This document shows, in pieces, positions 1 to 9,358 of a stretch of DNA of 64,000 bases. Origin of the DNA: a virus (taxonomy: Duplodnaviria > Caudoviricetes); IMG/VR virus record IMGVR_UViG_3300029288_000085, positions 64,001-128,000 of that record. The stretch is one strand, 5' to 3'. Under the pieces are notes generated by a model, which was given only the letters and a program-made list of their open reading frames with translations, was not told the origin of the DNA and did not search any database. Made by a program: the position numbers and the translations under genes. Position 1 is the first letter of the stretch, and each line of letters opens with the position of its first letter.

Positions 1-828
1 AACTTTTACTTTACCAGCATTTGAAAGTATTACTGCATTCTTACTTAATTGTGAAGATGTAACATCCCATCCTGCTATTAACCCCTGATCTGCTCGTATA
101 CTACCAGTTTTAGTTACACTGAATGGAGCACTAGCAGGATTATCATGCCCTGACCATATTCTATATGTTGTATTCTGTGAATCAAGTCTTATTATATTAT
201 TTCCAGAACCTAGTTTTATCTTACCAGAACTACATATAATTGCATTATTTTTAGTCAGTTGTGTAGCAGTTAAATCCCATCCAGCAATTTGGTTTCTTGT
301 GTTGGAAAGTTCAAATATAGTAGCTGAATTGGCATCAAATCCTGACAGACCATATGTAGTTCCATAAAGATTGCCTATTTTTATTCTATCAATGCTTGAT
401 TTTGTAACTCTGATTAGAGGAGCATCAGAAAGTTGATCTGTGATATGAAGTTCACCAGTGATAATCTCATGAGCAGAAAATAGTGTAGATGGTCTCCATT
501 CATAAATTTTTACATTAGCACCAGTTTCAACATATAATCTTACATACTTAGCTTGAAAGATACCAGGTAGAATTCCTAATACTTTACCATTAGAATCTCT
601 AGTTGTTGTTAGGTAGTTAGTTTGAGCAGATATTTCACTTGTGCCATAATAAGACAATAGTTGTCCTGTAGCTAATGCATGACTTGCATTACCTGCCCAA
701 TAACTCCATTCATCATTAATATTTACCTTCATTCCAAAGTAGACATTACAATTCGTACTTATCCATAATATCTGTTTATGGAAGAAATGCGCTACTTGAA
801 ATTCGTAATCTATATGTGCATAGGCCAT
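1..828 (-). CDS. Tail fibre / tail-tip extension protein, runs off the window edge (not in the ORF track)
   Basis: Manual translation from ATG at 828 is open to position 1 (276 aa, MAYAHIDYEFQ...). It has repeated IAGWD(L/V)T..QL.KN beta-strand units typical of fibres and lies downstream of the tail spike. Confidence 0.75.
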   Translation of the reverse strand, partial: MAYAHIDYEFQVAHFFHKQILWISTNCNVYFGMKVNINDEWSYWAGNASHALATGQLLSYYGTSEISAQTNYLTTTRDSNGKVLGILPGIFQAKYVRLYVETGANVKIYEWRPSTLFSAHEIITGELHITDQLSDAPLIRVTKSSIDRIKIGNLYGTTYGLSGFDANSATIFELSNTRNQIAGWDLTATQLTKNNAIICSSGKIKLGSGNNIIRLDSQNTTYRIWSGHDNPASAPFSVTKTGSIRADQGLIAGWDVTSSQLSKNAVILSNAGKVKV

Positions 829-853
829 TTATGGTAATTTACTTCCTTTTCAT

Positions 854-3034
854 TTATCTCACATCTTGAGTTCTAGATATTTCTACCCATTTACCAACAC
901 TAGAATTATATATAAAGGTAATAACATCAACAGAACTGGCGGTTCCCGTCATGGTAAATGCATCTCCAGCAAGGAGATAATTATTACCAAATGCTACGGT
1001 GAATGGGCCACCAGCCGCAGCTTGCTGGATGATAAAACGTAGTTCTGTTCCAACTGCACTCCTGTTTGGATTTTTGATAGTCGTGTTTTCCGTTAAGAGG
1101 TGGTATATATTCCAACCACTTTCAACGGTGACGATAACTTGATTACTGACACTTAATGCAGCTTGTGTATAGTTGGCAATACCGGCATTGACACGCAATG
1201 CACCAACACCCATGCGATCAAATTCTACATCTGTTGCTGCTGCCCCAGATCCAAAAAGCTGAGTGCCATCCACTTTAAGAACAAAGCCATCATAAGAATC
1301 CAGTACGCCAGATGTACTTACTCTTGTTTGTAGAACATTTAATGCTGTCGAACTTCTAACAAGAAATAGAATCTTATTTTGATACATCCTTATATAGTCA
1401 TCTAATCCACCAACAAATTTAAAGTAGTCCATCCTATCGTCAATCCAAAGAGTCGTGGTACTACTGTCAGTAATGTTGGATGTAGAAATATTTCTGAAGT
1501 CATTTATGTAAGTTCCAGCAGTGATCTTCGTATAGAGGGTATTGGCATTTATTATGCCACCTCGCAGGCCACTATCTTGGCATGTGATAAACTCAACTGC
1601 ACTACATCTATCTAAATTGAATATTGCCCGCCTAACATCTACGTATCCATCCGCTTTAGAGTCAGGGTCAGCCCCGTCCGATAGTCTAACATAGACTGTG
1701 CTGTATCCAAGTGTATCATTATCCCCATAATCCCATTCACTGGCTGCAAGAGATCCCATAGTGCCAACAGTCATTTTTACGGCATTTTCGTAAACCATTG
1801 AAGGCTCAACTAGACTCGGGTCACCTCCTGCGGCCAGTTCTACATAATATTCATTCGTTCCAGATCCAGAGGCTGTCCATTTGTAGGTTCCAGCCAATAC
1901 GATATCTTTTGCATCGGTTGAAAAAACGCAATGGTCAAAAACAACATTTCTAGGATTCTCCCCGCCTTCGTTGTCAATTTTCACGGCATATGGCATGACA
2001 GTCGGGGTTATATACCCATCGTATCCTATTGATTCGAAGTGTGACCTGATAAATGAGTATCTCCCTCCAGCAGTTAGATGTATTCCGTAATGGCTACTAG
2101 CTTCAAAAACTCCTCCTAACACAAGTACGTCATATGGGCCACTGTTGACATCATCAAGTGCTTCTGTCAAATTCCCATCACAGTGAAATGCCGTTTTGCC
2201 AAAACGATAACTACCACCAACAATAGTAAGGGTTGTCCCATCACAGATATAGAGTTGATATTCTGTGTTGGAGTAACTATAGATGTTATTAAGCTCTGTC
2301 TCAAGGCATCGAGACAGTAATATTCCTGCATTAGTGAAACCCGTTACAACACAATCCTCTATCTTTCCATTGAGCGCAATCCCATGAAGATTGAATCCAT
2401 TTACACCTGTAGAATTTCCATCAAGATATAGATTTTTGAATGTGACTCCAAATGTCCAATATGTCGGTGTTTGGTCTAATGAGTAAGTGTTGAAAATGTC
2501 AACAGCAGCAGTTGCGATCAGCTTGCCTTTCCCGCCCATTCCCTCAAATGTCCAATCCAATCTTGTACTAGCGATCAATGTTGGAAGAGTTAATGCTGTT
2601 CCTATGCCATAACCAGATGAATTAGCATTAAATAAAAATCTACATGGTAATATTGGAGCAGAATTAATCATCTTCTGTAATGATGTTGAAACATCGGTTC
2701 CATCAGCAGTAGCGAACCATCCTGCACATATATCCCCACCAATAGTAAATGCAACACTACCAGTACCAGTGAAAATAACTTGGTTTGGTGATGCTATAAT
2801 ATGCCCTGGTGAATTTATTGTAAGAGTATTACCATTAGTATCAATCATTCCATCATAAACAAATATTAGGAATACATTAGCAGGACATGCTAAATCTGCT
2901 GATAAAGTTTGTAGTGTGTCTATAACTAGATGACTTTTATTTACTCCTACTTTAGTGATTGCTGTTTCTAATCCGCCACCTAAATAAGTTACATTCTTAC
3001 TTCCTGCATGTGCATATATCAACTTGTCAGTCAT
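854..3034 (-). CDS. Tail spike / receptor-binding protein with a pectin-lyase-like parallel beta-helix
   Basis: Beta-helix rung motifs (GVTFKNLYLDGN..., IEDCVVTGF..AGI, VVFDHCVF), position right after the tail-tip gene, and a C-terminal beta-sandwich-like domain. Confidence 0.75.
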   Translation of the reverse strand: MTDKLIYAHAGSKNVTYLGGGLETAITKVGVNKSHLVIDTLQTLSADLACPANVFLIFVYDGMIDTNGNTLTINSPGHIIASPNQVIFTGTGSVAFTIGGDICAGWFATADGTDVSTSLQKMINSAPILPCRFLFNANSSGYGIGTALTLPTLIASTRLDWTFEGMGGKGKLIATAAVDIFNTYSLDQTPTYWTFGVTFKNLYLDGNSTGVNGFNLHGIALNGKIEDCVVTGFTNAGILLSRCLETELNNIYSYSNTEYQLYICDGTTLTIVGGSYRFGKTAFHCDGNLTEALDDVNSGPYDVLVLGGVFEASSHYGIHLTAGGRYSFIRSHFESIGYDGYITPTVMPYAVKIDNEGGENPRNVVFDHCVFSTDAKDIVLAGTYKWTASGSGTNEYYVELAAGGDPSLVEPSMVYENAVKMTVGTMGSLAASEWDYGDNDTLGYSTVYVRLSDGADPDSKADGYVDVRRAIFNLDRCSAVEFITCQDSGLRGGIINANTLYTKITAGTYINDFRNISTSNITDSSTTTLWIDDRMDYFKFVGGLDDYIRMYQNKILFLVRSSTALNVLQTRVSTSGVLDSYDGFVLKVDGTQLFGSGAAATDVEFDRMGVGALRVNAGIANYTQAALSVSNQVIVTVESGWNIYHLLTENTTIKNPNRSAVGTELRFIIQQAAAGGPFTVAFGNNYLLAGDAFTMTGTASSVDVITFIYNSSVGKWVEISRTQDVR

Positions 3035-6000
3035 TAAGTTATTGTGATACCCCCACTACTAATATTACTATCATAGATACTGGCTGTATACCCACTTCCA
3101 CCAGATTGATATACTGCCATTTGGAATAGATCATCCACTATCTTATTTGAACTCGCTACTGCTTGTACATAAGTAGCTGATGATTGTTGATACCAATCAT
3201 AATCTCTTACTGCAATTTTAACACTAGGATTATTACCATAGGACATAACTTCAGAACTTGTAAGAATTCTAGTAAAATTATTCTCTCCTATATATGTAGG
3301 TGTTGACCACCCACCACTACCAATTTTAATCTTATATTCATAAGATTTATGATCTTTCTCTTCACTCTTATCCCAACTAAAATTAACTCCACCAACTACG
3401 CCAACAGCAACAACCCCCATAAGTTTTTCTGGAACTGAATTGTATGCATCAAATCTGAGATTTCCAACTGATGTCTGACCTTGTGTATTTTTAGAATAAA
3501 CTATAAAAATCAACGGGTTAGCTACAGTTCCATACATACTATTCTTTGCATCATCCATCATATTTTCAAATGTATATGTGAATGTTTCTCCACTTATAAA
3601 TTGAGTTCTTAGAAGATTGGAACCGGAGACTGATGTATGATATATTTCAATTACATACCCTTTTAATATCATTGGATTATTGGGTGGATTCCAAGCAATT
3701 GTAACGTCTTTACCATCATATGTGTGAGTACAGGGATATCCAACAAGATATATTCCGGTAGGTGGGTCAATAATATAAGCCATAGAGGAAAGATAACAAG
3801 ATAAATCTACAGGATCACTTACTTTATGTATAGTTCTAGACATAAATCTAAAATCATACGTCTTATCTAAGATGAGTGAGTTGTTAATATATTTTGCCCA
3901 TCTTCTATCAATTGGGATTGTAGCAATTGGTTGATACAGTGAAGAGTCTTGCCCATATTCTTTCATCTGAACTAAAATCTCTATCACATTAGGACTATCC
4001 AAAGGTGGATCAGCTTTTAAAATAAACCCTATCCCCTCTTGTGCGGGTAAAGGATTTACTTGTGCATTTATTGGTGGTTTAGGTTTTAATAGTGGGTTAG
4101 GTAATTGTGATGGTCTATCCTCTACTACACTAATTACAGGTTCTGTAGTATATAATTCAGATAGATGTTCTACTCCAGCAAGTTCTACTTCATTCTCTTC
4201 TGTTCTACTAACATTTATTAATCTAAATTTCTTAGAAAATGATCCTGTCTTCCCAAACACAAATACTGAATTACTTGTTGGGTATGCTGCTCCTGGAAAT
4301 CCATTCACTTTGATAGTTTGTGTCTTTTCATTATTTGAATGACTTGCAGTATTAACAGTAGCTACTACAAATGAATTCTCATTATTTTGATATCTAACAA
4401 TGTATGTAGCTGAAACTGTAGCAACTGTAACTGAGGCATTCAGAACTATTTTATTAGTTGTAGAATTGTAAGATAATACTCTTCCACCCTCACCCCATTG
4501 AGGAAGATCATCTTGGAGATATATAATATCTCCAGCAGTAGCATGAATATAATCCAACCCACATTTTACTGAGACAGTATGTGAGCAATTCGTTACTTTA
4601 TTCAGTTTCCACTTTAGTTCACGCTCTGCCTTTTTTCTATTAGTAATACCTTTTAGACCAACAGTATTTTCATTGAGTTTAGTTAATGTTGTAGATGTAG
4701 ATCTTGCTGCCAACGATCTCATATCATAATCTTCATCTTCATCAGTATATTGACCAATTAGTTTATGAGGTATTTCTGAAAGTGGGGCAAAAGATTGTGA
4801 AAATGAAGTTGTGTTACCTTTAGAAAGTGTATGTACGGGTGTATCATCAGTATCTGCAACGAAATTGATTTTACCATCATACCAAATAGGCCACGTTCTA
4901 AATGAATCACACATTTCAAGTAAAGCCGCAAGAGCGGATTGACCAGTTTCTAACACTCCATCCCAAGTATGATAATGCATCTTAGATACTGAACCAACAG
5001 ATGGTGCAGTTGCACTTCTATCTAATGATACATCTGAAATTGTCATTGTGAGGGTTGCCAACGAATCTGCATTATTTATCATTAGTCCTAACTTTGAGAA
5101 TCCACTATTTTTAGCTATAAAAGAATTAGTAACGTGTGTTCCACTACTCTTATTAGTAAGATCAGTAACAACCCCACTATTCCAACCGCTAACATTATCC
5201 CATAACCAAAATTTCAGATTGCAACTTGCATTAACACTTGCTAAAGTAACTCTTGCTCTATATGTTTCTCCTCTACTTAATGGACAATTAAAATCAAATG
5301 CTGCACCATAAAGATAGGCATTAGATAGATTAATTTTGCGAGCAGTACTATTAATACTTAATGTTTGATTCGTGAAGAATAATGGTGATATATGATTTCC
5401 AAATGTATCTTGAGGTCCATTGTCCCACCAATATAGTCTATCAATAGACGTTGGATAATATACTTTATGACATTCTTTTATAATTGTTGTAGTAGGATAA
5501 AGATCTGTAGTTTTAAAATAATCACCAATACCATATCGTGTGTTGAGTACCATATCTCTTACACATACCATAGCATTATTTGACCATTCAGTTCTCCAAC
5601 TAGCAGCATTATTCCAATACACTACACTATCGTCTATATTTTCCCATCTGTTGTCCCCATTATCCCAATAACAATTATCAAATCGTACATTAGTTCCAGC
5701 AGAGACCGCACTCTTTATAGCTGGAACCTGAACCTTTTCTCCCTTAATAACTGTTGTAACTTGTGGAGGAGCACCTGATATTTGTCCTGATGCTCTTATT
5801 CTAAATCCTAATAATGCTGTATCTGGATAGATGAACTTTCCTTGTACGATTTCTAAGACAGAATGCAACTCAATTGTATCGGCTATGCTTAATTGATTTG
5901 AAGCATCACCATAAGGACGGAATAATCTTATTTGATATACATCATTTCCACTACCATTAAGAATATTATTAAAATCTAAAGTTACGGAACTCCATACACC

Positions 6001-7527
6001 AGTCTTGGTTTTTCCTGATACATAATTATCATATGCAGAAGTTGGAATAGCAGATGTTATAGTATAAATATTATTTGTTGATATTAAGTTAGTTAACCCA
6101 ATGGTGTATTCTTTAAATGTAATATACCCAGGTACAAAATAAGTGGGGCCAGGATAGTATCCAACACTTTGATCGGGATAATAAATAGGATAGAAATCTC
6201 TTTGTATTAAGATATTTACATATCCAATTGTTGTAACACCACCAGCAGTTAAAGCTACTGTCACTGTATACCATTTAGTAGCAGTAAAATTATCTCCTAC
6301 TTCAAATTCAAATGTCGTATCTGGAGAAATTTGTAGAATCTGCATTGTGACATCACTTGGTTTTGTTGCAGTATGTATATTTTCTGGGTGAGTGTAAGAT
6401 ACATATATATGAGAAGACGGTGTGGTTATCACCGTTGGGGTAAATCCCCAAACTCCTGAAAGTGAAATAACCCAATCCCATCTAAATACATCATACCAAG
6501 TACTAGTACCGTTAACTCTAAATTGAATTCTATAATATGCTGTTTTATCTAATAAAGTACCAGAGCTGGAATCATAAAGTGCAGGAGCAAAAATTTGAAG
6601 TGTTACCATATCTACTTCTTTAGTTGTAGTATATGTTATCCCCGCTGCTGTTATTTCTCTCTCATCATCATATTGTACTTTAGCCCCATCAAAATATGGA
6701 ATCTTATTCTGATATCTAGGATCGTATATAGATTTAGTATAATTAGATGCATTTGCACCATTTCTATACCACCATTGTACATCTGAATAATCAGACAAAG
6801 GTTGTCCATCTAATTCTATAGCCGGTCTTGTATACGATGCTGACATTTGATTAGACGTAATACAAATTGAGGAATGATTGTTTTCTCTACAAACACCTTC
6901 TATTTCACCTTCACACAAAGCTAATAGCATATAGAGATAATCACTTTCACCGGATCTTTCAGTAAATAAAGAAATAACATTTCCACCAATTTTATGAGTT
7001 CCATAGACAACAGGGATAGGCATATCTTCTGATGCCATTGTCTTTACACCTGACCAATTATATGTCTGTGAATTTCCACCACCACCATAATTTAGGTTAG
7101 GAAGATCTGGCTTGAATAGAAAATAGGAAATGCCCCCTAGAGCCATTGCTGCTCCCATCATTGCAAGGGATACACCTGTCATTAGCTGTACACCACCTAT
7201 AGAAATGTACCCTTGTCCTGTGATAGCTCCTACTACAACAAGTGCAGCACCAACGACTATCTGAAAAATAGCTCCTACTTTTCCTCCTTCAAGTGGGGGA
7301 GTAATAACTACTTCATCATCTTTTTCTAATTTAGTAATAATCCAATCGTCAGGATGTATATATTTACTATTTATATGAACTACTACTTTTTCCTTAAGAG
7401 TATATTCATATAGTTCATCACTGGAGGTTCTAGCAAATTCATATACAGCAGGAATAAGATATTCTCTATCTATACTCCTAAATTCTGAATCTTCATCTAA
7501 AATATTTCTAAATGTTACTTTAGCCAT
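3034..7527 (-). CDS. Central tail tip / host specificity protein (lambda gpJ-like) with an N-terminal gpI-like tail assembly domain
   Basis: IPVVYG, LALCEGEIEG, YPDTALLG, TEWSNN..C.RD..LNTRYG.G and C-terminal FN3-like repeats. The N-terminal ubiquitin-like segment ends in P..EGG and is followed by a hydrophobic gpI-like stretch. Confidence 0.9.
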   Translation of the reverse strand: MAKVTFRNILDEDSEFRSIDREYLIPAVYEFARTSSDELYEYTLKEKVVVHINSKYIHPDDWIITKLEKDDEVVITPPLEGGKVGAIFQIVVGAALVVVGAITGQGYISIGGVQLMTGVSLAMMGAAMALGGISYFLFKPDLPNLNYGGGGNSQTYNWSGVKTMASEDMPIPVVYGTHKIGGNVISLFTERSGESDYLYMLLALCEGEIEGVCRENNHSSICITSNQMSASYTRPAIELDGQPLSDYSDVQWWYRNGANASNYTKSIYDPRYQNKIPYFDGAKVQYDDEREITAAGITYTTTKEVDMVTLQIFAPALYDSSSGTLLDKTAYYRIQFRVNGTSTWYDVFRWDWVISLSGVWGFTPTVITTPSSHIYVSYTHPENIHTATKPSDVTMQILQISPDTTFEFEVGDNFTATKWYTVTVALTAGGVTTIGYVNILIQRDFYPIYYPDQSVGYYPGPTYFVPGYITFKEYTIGLTNLISTNNIYTITSAIPTSAYDNYVSGKTKTGVWSSVTLDFNNILNGSGNDVYQIRLFRPYGDASNQLSIADTIELHSVLEIVQGKFIYPDTALLGFRIRASGQISGAPPQVTTVIKGEKVQVPAIKSAVSAGTNVRFDNCYWDNGDNRWENIDDSVVYWNNAASWRTEWSNNAMVCVRDMVLNTRYGIGDYFKTTDLYPTTTIIKECHKVYYPTSIDRLYWWDNGPQDTFGNHISPLFFTNQTLSINSTARKINLSNAYLYGAAFDFNCPLSRGETYRARVTLASVNASCNLKFWLWDNVSGWNSGVVTDLTNKSSGTHVTNSFIAKNSGFSKLGLMINNADSLATLTMTISDVSLDRSATAPSVGSVSKMHYHTWDGVLETGQSALAALLEMCDSFRTWPIWYDGKINFVADTDDTPVHTLSKGNTTSFSQSFAPLSEIPHKLIGQYTDEDEDYDMRSLAARSTSTTLTKLNENTVGLKGITNRKKAERELKWKLNKVTNCSHTVSVKCGLDYIHATAGDIIYLQDDLPQWGEGGRVLSYNSTTNKIVLNASVTVATVSATYIVRYQNNENSFVVATVNTASHSNNEKTQTIKVNGFPGAAYPTSNSVFVFGKTGSFSKKFRLINVSRTEENEVELAGVEHLSELYTTEPVISVVEDRPSQLPNPLLKPKPPINAQVNPLPAQEGIGFILKADPPLDSPNVIEILVQMKEYGQDSSLYQPIATIPIDRRWAKYINNSLILDKTYDFRFMSRTIHKVSDPVDLSCYLSSMAYIIDPPTGIYLVGYPCTHTYDGKDVTIAWNPPNNPMILKGYVIEIYHTSVSGSNLLRTQFISGETFTYTFENMMDDAKNSMYGTVANPLIFIVYSKNTQGQTSVGNLRFDAYNSVPEKLMGVVAVGVVGGVNFSWDKSEEKDHKSYEYKIKIGSGGWSTPTYIGENNFTRILTSSEVMSYGNNPSVKIAVRDYDWYQQSSATYVQAVASSNKIVDDLFQMAVYQSGGSGYTASIYDSNISSGGITIT

Positions 7528-7936
7528 TTATACCATCCTGCTTGTAGCGTAAAGCAGCATAAAATCTGCTTTGCCAATGAGGATTTAACCTCTCTATATG
7601 TGATGCCCATCCTTCTTTTGTATGAAGAAACTTCTCATCATATGTATACAACCCTATATGATTAGCGATTTTGCTTGTTGGTGATAAGTAGAAAATAATT
7701 AAATCAAATGGTTCCGATGGATATTTTAATCTAACCCATGTTTTCATATTTGGTAATTCGTTCTGAATAATAGTTTGATCTTTCTCATACCAATTTTCTT
7801 CATAGTTGTAGTCTGGTAGTACAATCCCTTTTTCATTCTTATATATAAGTTTTATAAGTCCATAACAATCTACACCATCAAAATCTCTTCCTAAATGCTT
7901 ATATTTTATATTGATATACTTAGAAAAATTATACAT
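7520..7936 (-). CDS. NlpC/P60 (C40) tail-associated protein, gpK-like; start probably ATG at 7936 rather than 8032
   Basis: GRD..GVDCYGL and HIGLY....FLH catalytic Cys/His motifs, located between gpL-like and gpJ-like genes. Confidence 0.85.
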   Translation of the reverse strand: MYNFSKYINIKYKHLGRDFDGVDCYGLIKLIYKNEKGIVLPDYNYEENWYEKDQTIIQNELPNMKTWVRLKYPSEPFDLIIFYLSPTSKIANHIGLYTYDEKFLHTKEGWASHIERLNPHWQSRFYAALRYKQDGING

Positions 7937-7937
7937 A

Positions 7938-8648
7938 TTATAATATGATGTAAGCATTACGAGGAATACTAGTAAATCCCCCATATCTAGCATCATTTCC
8001 CCTCTTCCTACAATTTTCCAATGTCCCATCACATGTAGGATAACTAGCTGTGTTTACTATGTTTTGTGGATCACATTCTGTAGCTGCATATTTATCATCT
8101 AATGCCCAAAAACATTCTCTCATATATTTCCTTCTAGGAATCACTATCTTCTTAATTGTAAACTTAGATTTGCAACTAAACGTTACTGCTTGTTCATTAG
8201 AACTAACTGCATCAATATACATCTTCTCTTTCATTATAGCATTTTTGTCAGGTTCTGTACCTAGATGTTTTTCAGTTGCCCCTGATGGCAGATTATATGC
8301 AAATAATGACATTGCATATATTTCTCTGCCACGAAGATATTGCTTATTTTGTATAATTGACTCAATCAATCTATCAGTATTAGGAATAGAAAGTGTAAGT
8401 TCACCTATTTCACCAGTATTATTACTACCTATTTCTCCCCTTTTAATTGGCAACCCTGTATAAATAGTTGCATTACTTGTAATTTCACCAGTAGCATTTA
8501 CCGAGAATCCATAAATATCTTGGTTGATATTGGCATAATATAAAGGTTCATAGCCAGATAGAGAAGCATTCACGCAATATAAATCTATTGGGTGATTTCC
8601 TTCTATTAGTACTTGTCTTTTGTGAAATGTTGCTGATACATCATACAT
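7938..8648 (-). CDS. Minor tail / hub protein, lambda gpL-like with a Cys cluster (likely Fe-S)
   Basis: C-terminal C.W....Y...EC...CD.TL..C...N..RYGGF motif and synteny. Confidence 0.8.
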   Translation of the reverse strand: MYDVSATFHKRQVLIEGNHPIDLYCVNASLSGYEPLYYANINQDIYGFSVNATGEITSNATIYTGLPIKRGEIGSNNTGEIGELTLSIPNTDRLIESIIQNKQYLRGREIYAMSLFAYNLPSGATEKHLGTEPDKNAIMKEKMYIDAVSSNEQAVTFSCKSKFTIKKIVIPRRKYMRECFWALDDKYAATECDPQNIVNTASYPTCDGTLENCRKRGNDARYGGFTSIPRNAYIIL

Positions 8649-8659
8649 AGTTATAATCC

Positions 8660-9346
8660 CTACACTGAATATTTAGATATAAATGAGACAATCCCACTTC
8701 TCATATATCCACCATTTTCAGTAACTCCCATATCTTCTCTCCAATATTCTGTAGGCTTAAATCCTGAGAGAACATTTGGTGATAAGTATGCTTCGTATAC
8801 AGGATATGCTACTACATCTATTGAAGTAGCTCTTGAATACTTTAGCCCACCTCTATGATAATTTGCCAAGCTAATTGTAATAGTAGCATTTGTAACAATA
8901 GTGCTAACATCCCCTAATTTCCAATGTGTAGTTCCATCCCAAACAAATATCTTATTTGCTTTTTGATTAGCAATCGTCGTATATAGTCTAGTATTATCAG
9001 TGCCTAAACTCCAAGCATTTGCAGCAGAAGCTATAGTATCCGGTGTGAATCCTTTACTGAAATCAACAATATAAAAAGAAGTCAGTGCTTCATCTACATA
9101 ATCAATAAAGTGTTCTATTTGTTGATACTCACGATGGAAAATATTATCATAGGTATAACTTATAATAAGATGTGGTAAAGCCTTCTTTCTAGTCTGCATC
9201 GTCTGATCTTGAAAAGGAGTGACTAAGACACTATAGCTAGGATAACTATGACAACCAGAATTAGGTTCATTCATACTATATGAAATACTATCTATAATTC
9301 CCGTCGAGAGTTTACTTGCTACTTTTCCTATAGGAAATAGATTCAT
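8660..9346 (-). CDS. Putative distal tail protein
   Basis: Lies immediately after the tape measure gene; size and position fit Dit/gpM. Confidence 0.55.
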   Translation of the reverse strand: MNLFPIGKVASKLSTGIIDSISYSMNEPNSGCHSYPSYSVLVTPFQDQTMQTRKKALPHLIISYTYDNIFHREYQQIEHFIDYVDEALTSFYIVDFSKGFTPDTIASAANAWSLGTDNTRLYTTIANQKANKIFVWDGTTHWKLGDVSTIVTNATITISLANYHRGGLKYSRATSIDVVAYPVYEAYLSPNVLSGFKPTEYWREDMGVTENGGYMRSGIVSFISKYSV

Positions 9347-9358
9347 TACTGCACATCC

